Source of the DNA: an uncultured Chloroflexia bacterium
GTDB lineage: Bacteria; Chloroflexota; Limnocylindria; Limnocylindrales; CSP1-4
Direction of reading: 5' to 3'
Length of the DNA stretch: 64,000 bases
Assembly: GCA_963813535.1 (NCBI GenBank)
Contig: CAWEZH010000002.1
Location: 608,001-672,000, forward strand
Shown: piece by piece, positions 59,157 through 64,000 of the stretch
Numbering within the stretch: the stretch's first letter is position 1
Layout: each line of letters opens with the position of its first letter
Made by a program: the position numbers and the translations under genes
The notes under the pieces: generated by a model
The model's database searches: none
Seen by the model: the letters and a program-made list of their open reading frames with translations, nothing else
What the model was told of the DNA's origin: nothing

Positions 59157-59253
59157 ACGTTAGGCGACGCGTGCTTGCGGCGGCAAGAGGGTTATCCACT
59201 GATTTCATTGCAGATGAGACGCCACGCCGCCCGATGTCCACAGCGTCCCCACA
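59157..59253 (-). promoter_or_regulatory. Sigma70-like promoter with three DnaA-box-like 9-mers, unit 2
   Basis: TTGCCG-N18-TAACGT; plus-strand TTATCCACT 59192, ATGTCCACA 59234, GTCCCCACA 59245. Confidence 0.5.
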
Positions 59254-59276
59254 GTGGGCCTCGTCGGGGCGCGCCG

Positions 59277-59843
59277 TCAGGTCTCGAGCGGCCACGACAC
59301 CTCGTCGATCAGGGCCGGTCGCCCGTCATCCTCGACGGTGAACCGCCGCTCCTCGCTGCCGGCGGTGTCCCGCAGGTGCCAGGAATGCCGGGCGATGCGC
59401 TCGACGGCCCAGCGCGTCGGTCGGGGATCGAGTCCGTCGTCGATGCGCAGGATCTCCAGGGTCGCCGTGGCGCCCGCGACGACGCGACGCTCGAGACGTC
59501 TGACGGCGATCGTCGTCGAGGCCGGCGAGCCGATCACGAGGAGCTCATGCTCCGCGCTCCAGCGAAACGCCAGGTGACGTACGCCCGCGGCCGTGACCAC
59601 GTTCCCGTGGATCGCCGACTCGTCCCGCTCCGGATGCAGCGTCAGCAGTCCGGCCCGCGTCGTCATCTCGAGTCGCGTCGGCCGTCCGGCCGTGGAGGTC
59701 TCGAGCAACAGCGACCGCAGCAGCTGTCCATCCCGTTCGATCGACTCCCGCCAGCGCGTCCCCTTCGCGCCGTCGGCCTGGCTCCATGTGACGAGATCGC
59801 CGGTGCCGGTCCTCGCATGACCGCCACGACGGACGGATGCCAT
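59277..59843 (-). CDS. Hypothetical protein downstream of hflX
   Basis: 188-aa ORF 18 nt after the hflX stop with GAGG RBS; appears beta-rich. Confidence 0.7.
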   Translation of the reverse strand: MASVRRGGHARTGTGDLVTWSQADGAKGTRWRESIERDGQLLRSLLLETSTAGRPTRLEMTTRAGLLTLHPERDESAIHGNVVTAAGVRHLAFRWSAEHELLVIGSPASTTIAVRRLERRVVAGATATLEILRIDDGLDPRPTRWAVERIARHSWHLRDTAGSEERRFTVEDDGRPALIDEVSWPLET

Positions 59844-59861
59844 CCTCGCTGCGCGCCCCCT

Positions 59862-61202
59862 TCAGAGCCCCTGGCGGCCGGCGACGGCCGACGTCTCACC
59901 CGTGCCGTCGACCGCATCGGCCCAGCGAACTGCGGCGGACTCGAGCTCGCCGGCGAGCGAGGGGGCGACTCGGCCGCGGATCCGAACGTCGCGCTCGCGG
60001 TAGTCGATGTCGATGGTCCCCCGCTCACGGACGCGGGCCAGCAGCTCGCCGGCTGCATACGGCAAGGCGACGTCGACGTCGACCCAGAGCGACGCGAGGA
60101 CCGCGGCGATCTCGGCGCGCAGCGTCTCCATCCCGTAGCCGGTCAAGGCCGAGACGAAGACCGCGCCGGCGATGGACGGCGCCACGCCCGACCCGTTCGA
60201 TGCGGCATGGTCGATCAGGTCGGCCTTGTTGAAGACCACGAGCCGCGGCTTGTCTCCCGCCCCGAGCTCGTCGAGCACGGTCTGGACGGTCGTCCGGTGC
60301 TCGTCGACATGGGCATCGGAGGCATCGACGACCTCGAGCAGCACGTCGGCGCGATTGACCTCCTCGAGCGTGGCTCGGAACGCGTCGACGAGCTGGTGCG
60401 GCAGCTTGTGGATGAAACCGACGGTGTCCGTGACGATCGCGGTCTGGCCGTCGCCGAGCTTGACCTGGCGGCTCGTCGGATCGAGCGTCGCGAACAGCTT
60501 GTCCTCCGCGCGCGCGACCTCGGAGCCCACCAGGGTGTTGAGCAGGGTCGATTTCCCGGCATTCGTGTACCCGACGATGCCGACGGTCGGCCACAGGCGC
60601 CGGTCGCGGCCGCGTGCGGCCGTGGCTCGATGCTGACGGACCTGCTCCACGCGATCCTTCATCTTGGCGATCCGCGTCCGGATCACGCGCCGGTCGGTCT
60701 CGAGCTGGCTCTCGCCTGGTCCGCGCGACCCGATACCACCCTGGGTCCGCGACAGGTGGGTCCACAAGCGGGTCAGGCGCGGCAACTGGTATTCGAGCTG
60801 GGCGAGCTCGACCTGGAGCCGGCCCTCGTGCGTCTGCGCATGCAGGGCGAAGATGTCGAGGATCAGCCGGCTGCGGTCGATGACCTTGACACGCAACAGC
60901 TCCTCCAGGGAGCGCTGCTGGGCGGGTGACAGCTCGTCATCGGCGATGAGCACGTCGAAGCCGGTCTCCCGCCGAGCCGCCGCGAGGTCCTCGGCCTTGC
61001 CCTTGCCGATGTACCAGTTCGGGTCGACGTGCCGGCGGTTCTGCCATTCCGCGCCGACCACGTCGGCACCGGCCGTCGTAGCGAGGTTCGCGAGCTCGGA
61101 GAGGGACTCCTGGGCGGTCCAGCCGTCCTCGCCACCGGTGTCGACGGCGACCAGGAAGGCCTTCTCGACCGGTGGTTCGAGGTCGATGAGGTGTCGTGCC
61201 AT
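59862..61202 (-). CDS. hflX: Ribosome-splitting GTPase HflX
   Basis: YIGKGK, GGIGSRGPGESQLETDRR, GYTNAGKST, FATLDPT, DTVGFI, NKAD. Confidence 0.97.
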   Translation of the reverse strand: MARHLIDLEPPVEKAFLVAVDTGGEDGWTAQESLSELANLATTAGADVVGAEWQNRRHVDPNWYIGKGKAEDLAAARRETGFDVLIADDELSPAQQRSLEELLRVKVIDRSRLILDIFALHAQTHEGRLQVELAQLEYQLPRLTRLWTHLSRTQGGIGSRGPGESQLETDRRVIRTRIAKMKDRVEQVRQHRATAARGRDRRLWPTVGIVGYTNAGKSTLLNTLVGSEVARAEDKLFATLDPTSRQVKLGDGQTAIVTDTVGFIHKLPHQLVDAFRATLEEVNRADVLLEVVDASDAHVDEHRTTVQTVLDELGAGDKPRLVVFNKADLIDHAASNGSGVAPSIAGAVFVSALTGYGMETLRAEIAAVLASLWVDVDVALPYAAGELLARVRERGTIDIDYRERDVRIRGRVAPSLAGELESAAVRWADAVDGTGETSAVAGRQGL

Positions 61203-61291
61203 GCGGCTGCAGGATACCGGTAACGTCCTCGTGCAGCCGCTGACGCTCCTGCAAGCCCGCGCGGTCACCATCGATATCGAGGAGGTGCCTG

Positions 61292-61504
61292 ATGACCGAT
61301 GCCCGCCTGCACAGCACCAAGCCGATCGATGACGAAGTCCCGTTCGCAGACGCCGTCGACGTTCCCGGCGAGGAAGCGCCGGCCGACGAAGACGCCCTCG
61401 TGACCCCGGCCGCGGCCGAGCGCGACCGGACCATGCCCGACCGGGACGTGGAACCGTCGGGCCGTCAGACCGACGATCTCGGCGAAGACAAGCGGGACGC
61501 CTGA
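61292..61504 (+). CDS. Small acidic hypothetical protein
   Basis: Strong GGAGGTG RBS; 70 aa Asp/Glu/Pro-rich; overlaps the miaA 3' end by 40 nt. Confidence 0.5.
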   Translation: MTDARLHSTKPIDDEVPFADAVDVPGEEAPADEDALVTPAAAERDRTMPDRDVEPSGRQTDDLGEDKRDA

Positions 61505-62430
61505 CCCGAGCTGACCGCCCGCGCGAGTTCGACCGCCTTGTCGAACGGATCCCCCGTCGCCTCCAGCCAGGTGACGTCTGGCTCCGCACGGAACCAGGTC
61601 CGCTGTCGCTTCGCGAACGCGACATTCCGTCTCGCGTCCTCCTCGATCGCGTGCTCGCGGGTCATGGTCGCGTCGGCGACGGACCACGCCTCCCGATAGC
61701 CGATCGCCGAGAACGCCGGTAGCGTCGGGTCGAAGCGCTCTCGGAGCGCGACGGCCTCGTCGACCAGGCCTGCGTCGAGCTGGGACCGTGCCCGTGCCGC
61801 GATACGGCGCCGATGCTCTGCCCCTTCGACGTCGAGCCCGATCCAGGTCACAGGACCGTCATACCCACGCGGCCGAGGCCGCGGACCATCGCCGCGCAAT
61901 TCGGCGATCTCGAGGGCGCGGATCACGCGCCGCGGGTTGGCCAAGTGGACCTCCGCCGCGAGTGCGGGGGCCTTCGCCTGGAGCCGGGCTGCCAGGGGTT
62001 CGAGGCCCTCGGCGGCGAACTCCGCTTCGAGACGGGCGCGGACGGCGGGGTCATCGGGCAGTGCGTCAAGGTCGAGCCCGCGCGCGACGGCACGCAGGTA
62101 CAGACCCGTGCCGCCGACCAGCAGCGCCACCCCGTCGCGTGCCGCCACGTCCCGCAGGACGCCGGTCGCGTGCGCCACGTAGTCGGAGACCGCGAAACGC
62201 TCGTCGGGGTCGACGAGGTCGAGGCCCTCGTGCGGGACGCGCCCACGATCCGCGACCGAGACCTTGGCCGTGCCGATATCGAGGCCGCGATACACCTGTC
62301 GCGAGTCGGCCGAGATGACGGTGGCGGGTCGCCCCGACGCGATCAGCCACTCCCCGAGCCGGATGCCGAGCTCGGTCTTGCCGGTCGCGGTCGGACCCGC
62401 GACGACGATGAGCGGTGGCAGGCTCCCCAT
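61465..62430 (-). CDS. miaA: tRNA dimethylallyltransferase
   Basis: GPTATGKT, SADSRQVYRGLDIGTAK, VGGTGLY, RRVIRALE, AIGY, AKRQRTWF. Confidence 0.97.
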   Translation of the reverse strand: MGSLPPLIVVAGPTATGKTELGIRLGEWLIASGRPATVISADSRQVYRGLDIGTAKVSVADRGRVPHEGLDLVDPDERFAVSDYVAHATGVLRDVAARDGVALLVGGTGLYLRAVARGLDLDALPDDPAVRARLEAEFAAEGLEPLAARLQAKAPALAAEVHLANPRRVIRALEIAELRGDGPRPRPRGYDGPVTWIGLDVEGAEHRRRIAARARSQLDAGLVDEAVALRERFDPTLPAFSAIGYREAWSVADATMTREHAIEEDARRNVAFAKRQRTWFRAEPDVTWLEATGDPFDKAVELARAVSSGQASRLSSPRSSV

Positions 62431-62450
62431 GGCCGCATACTGCACGGCCG

Positions 62451-64000
62451 ATGCCGTTCCCGCATGTCTTCGAGCCGCTGACGATCCGTCATCGCACGCT
62501 CCGGAGCCGGATCACGTTCGGGGCGCACACGGCGAACATGGCCGAGAACGGGCTGCCCGGCGACCGGCACATCGGCTACTACCGCGAACGGGCGCTCGGT
62601 GGGGCCGGGATGATCGTGGTGGAGCCACTCCCGGTGCACCCGACCGCGGTGCTGACGCGTGGCAACTTCCGGAACGACGACGCCATCGTCCCGCATCTCC
62701 GTCGGCTGACCGACGCCTGCCGCGACGCGAACGCCGATGTCGTGATGATCCAGCAGCTGTATCACGTCGGTCAGCACGGCGACGCCGACAACTCGTTCGC
62801 CCCGAACTGGTCACCGTCAGGGCTCCCCTCCTATCACGACGCGGATGGCAGCCACGCGATGAGCGAGGCGGACATCGACGCCGTCATCGACGGTTTCGTC
62901 GACTCGGCGAGGCGCGCACGAGACGCGGGCTTCGATGGCGTCGAGCTGTTCGGGGCCTACCACGGGCTGATCGAGCAGTTCTGGACGCCATGGTCGAACC
63001 GGCGCACGGACGCGTGGGGCGGCTCGTTCGAGGCGCGGATGCGCTTCTCGTGCACGGTGCTCGAGCGGATCCGCGAGACGTGCGGCGACGACTTCATCGT
63101 CGGCCTGGCGGTCAGCATCGACGAGCGTTCCGAGCCGACGCTGTCGATCGACGAGCTGTGCGAGGTGGTCGCGTGGCACGACCATCGGGGGTTGATCGAC
63201 TACGTCACCTGCGGCACCGGCTCGTACTTCGACTTCTACCCGATCATCCCGGTGTCGCTGTACGAGGCGAGGCTGGGGGTCCCCTACGCCGCCGCGCTCA
63301 AAGGCGCGGTGACGCGGGCCGTCGTGCAGGCCGAGAGCCACATCCGCACGCCAGAGGCCGCGGAGGCGGTCATCGCGGCCGGCGAGGCCGACATGGTCAG
63401 CATCGTGCGCGGGCAGATCGCCGATCCCGCACATGGTCGCCAAGGCTCGCGAGGACCGGGCCGACGAGGTCCGGCCGTGCATCTCGTGCAACCAGCTGTG
63501 CTGGGGTCGTCGATCGCGCGACTACTGGATCTCGTGCCTGGTCAACCCGTCCGCCGGCCGGGAGTTCCAGTGGGGCGGCGACCGCTTCGGTGCGTCAGAG
63601 GCTCCCAGGTCTGTGCTGGTCGTGGGCGGCGGGCCGGCCGGCCTGGAAGCCGCGCGGGGCGCCGCCGAACGCGGCCATCGTGTGACCCTGCTCGAACGCG
63701 ATGCCCGACTCGGTGGGCAGTTCCGCCTTGCCGGCCGGCAGCCGTCGCGCGGCCAGATCCTCGACCTCATCGCCTGGTACGAGCGCCGCCTCGACGCGCT
63801 CGGCGTCGACGTCCGACTCGATACGGAGGCGACGGTGGCGGAGGTGGCCGCGATCGGCGCCGACCTGACGATCGTCGCCACCGGGTCTCGGCCCCCAGGG
63901 ACCGGTTTCCAGCGTGCCCTGCCGATGGTCGACCGGCTGCCGGGTGCCGACCGCGACGACGCGATCTCGATCCACGACGCCCTGGCGGATCGCGGCCGCG
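62451..64000 (+). CDS. NADH:flavin oxidoreductase (OYE/2,4-dienoyl-CoA reductase-like), frameshift near 63430, runs off the window
   Basis: Manual translation MPFPHVFEPLTI..YYRERALGGAGMIVVE, QLYHVG, AGFDGVEL, RPCISCNQLC, CLVNP, VVGGGPAGLEAA. Confidence 0.85.
   Translation, partial: MPFPHVFEPLTIRHRTLRSRITFGAHTANMAENGLPGDRHIGYYRERALGGAGMIVVEPLPVHPTAVLTRGNFRNDDAIVPHLRRLTDACRDANADVVMIQQLYHVGQHGDADNSFAPNWSPSGLPSYHDADGSHAMSEADIDAVIDGFVDSARRARDAGFDGVELFGAYHGLIEQFWTPWSNRRTDAWGGSFEARMRFSCTVLERIRETCGDDFIVGLAVSIDERSEPTLSIDELCEVVAWHDHRGLIDYVTCGTGSYFDFYPIIPVSLYEARLGVPYAAALKGAVTRAVVQAESHIRTPEAAEAVIAAGEADMVSIVRGQIADPAHGRQGSRGPGRRGPAVHLVQPAVLGSSIARLLDLVPGQPVRRPGVPVGRRPLRCVRGSQVCAGRGRRAGRPGSRAGRRRTRPSCDPARTRCPTRWAVPPCRPAAVARPDPRPHRLVRAPPRRARRRRPTRYGGDGGGGGRDRRRPDDRRHRVSAPRDRFPACPADGRPAAGCRPRRRDLDPRRPGGSRP

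Noticed and set aside
58802-59253. The twin units as a CRISPR array, integron attC sites, retron ncRNA or oriC
   Set aside because: No cas, integrase, reverse transcriptase or dnaA/dnaN in the window; no RYYYAAC/GTTRRRY ends; no cassette ORF between units; no clear AT-rich unwinding element.
1-64000. tRNA, rRNA, IS elements or prophage
   Set aside because: No cloverleaf or rRNA signature and no transposase, integrase or phage structural ORF recognised by eye.

Overview
A 64-kb, roughly 70% GC chromosomal segment. Its gene content (F420-type oxidoreductases, SPS/TP-rich lipoproteins, many apparently leaderless genes) suggests a Chloroflexota- or Actinomycetota-like bacterium; this is inference, not a database result. 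It is mostly accessory metabolic, envelope and stress genes: a paired dynamin-like GTPase operon, class II UvrA, a LigD ligase domain, Dps, a PspC/two-component module, acs, GH3 and an OatA-like acyltransferase, ending in the core hflX-miaA locus. I found no rRNA, tRNA, CRISPR array, transposase or integrase. Several genes are broken by indels (near 28.6, 32.1-34.3, 55.4 and 63.4 kb), most likely sequencing errors. Four signals stand out. (1) A duplicated ~250-bp intergenic unit at 58.8-59.25 kb; each copy has three identically spaced DnaA-box-like 9-mers, a sigma70-like promoter and a ~97-nt covarying, potentially bistable hairpin RNA. (2) A DHFR/RibD-C domain fused to a class III cyclase with guanylyl-type specificity residues. 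(3) An orphan CpaF/TadA ATPase fused to a catalytically degenerate RidA domain. (4) A degenerate dif-like Xer site at 52.75 kb.
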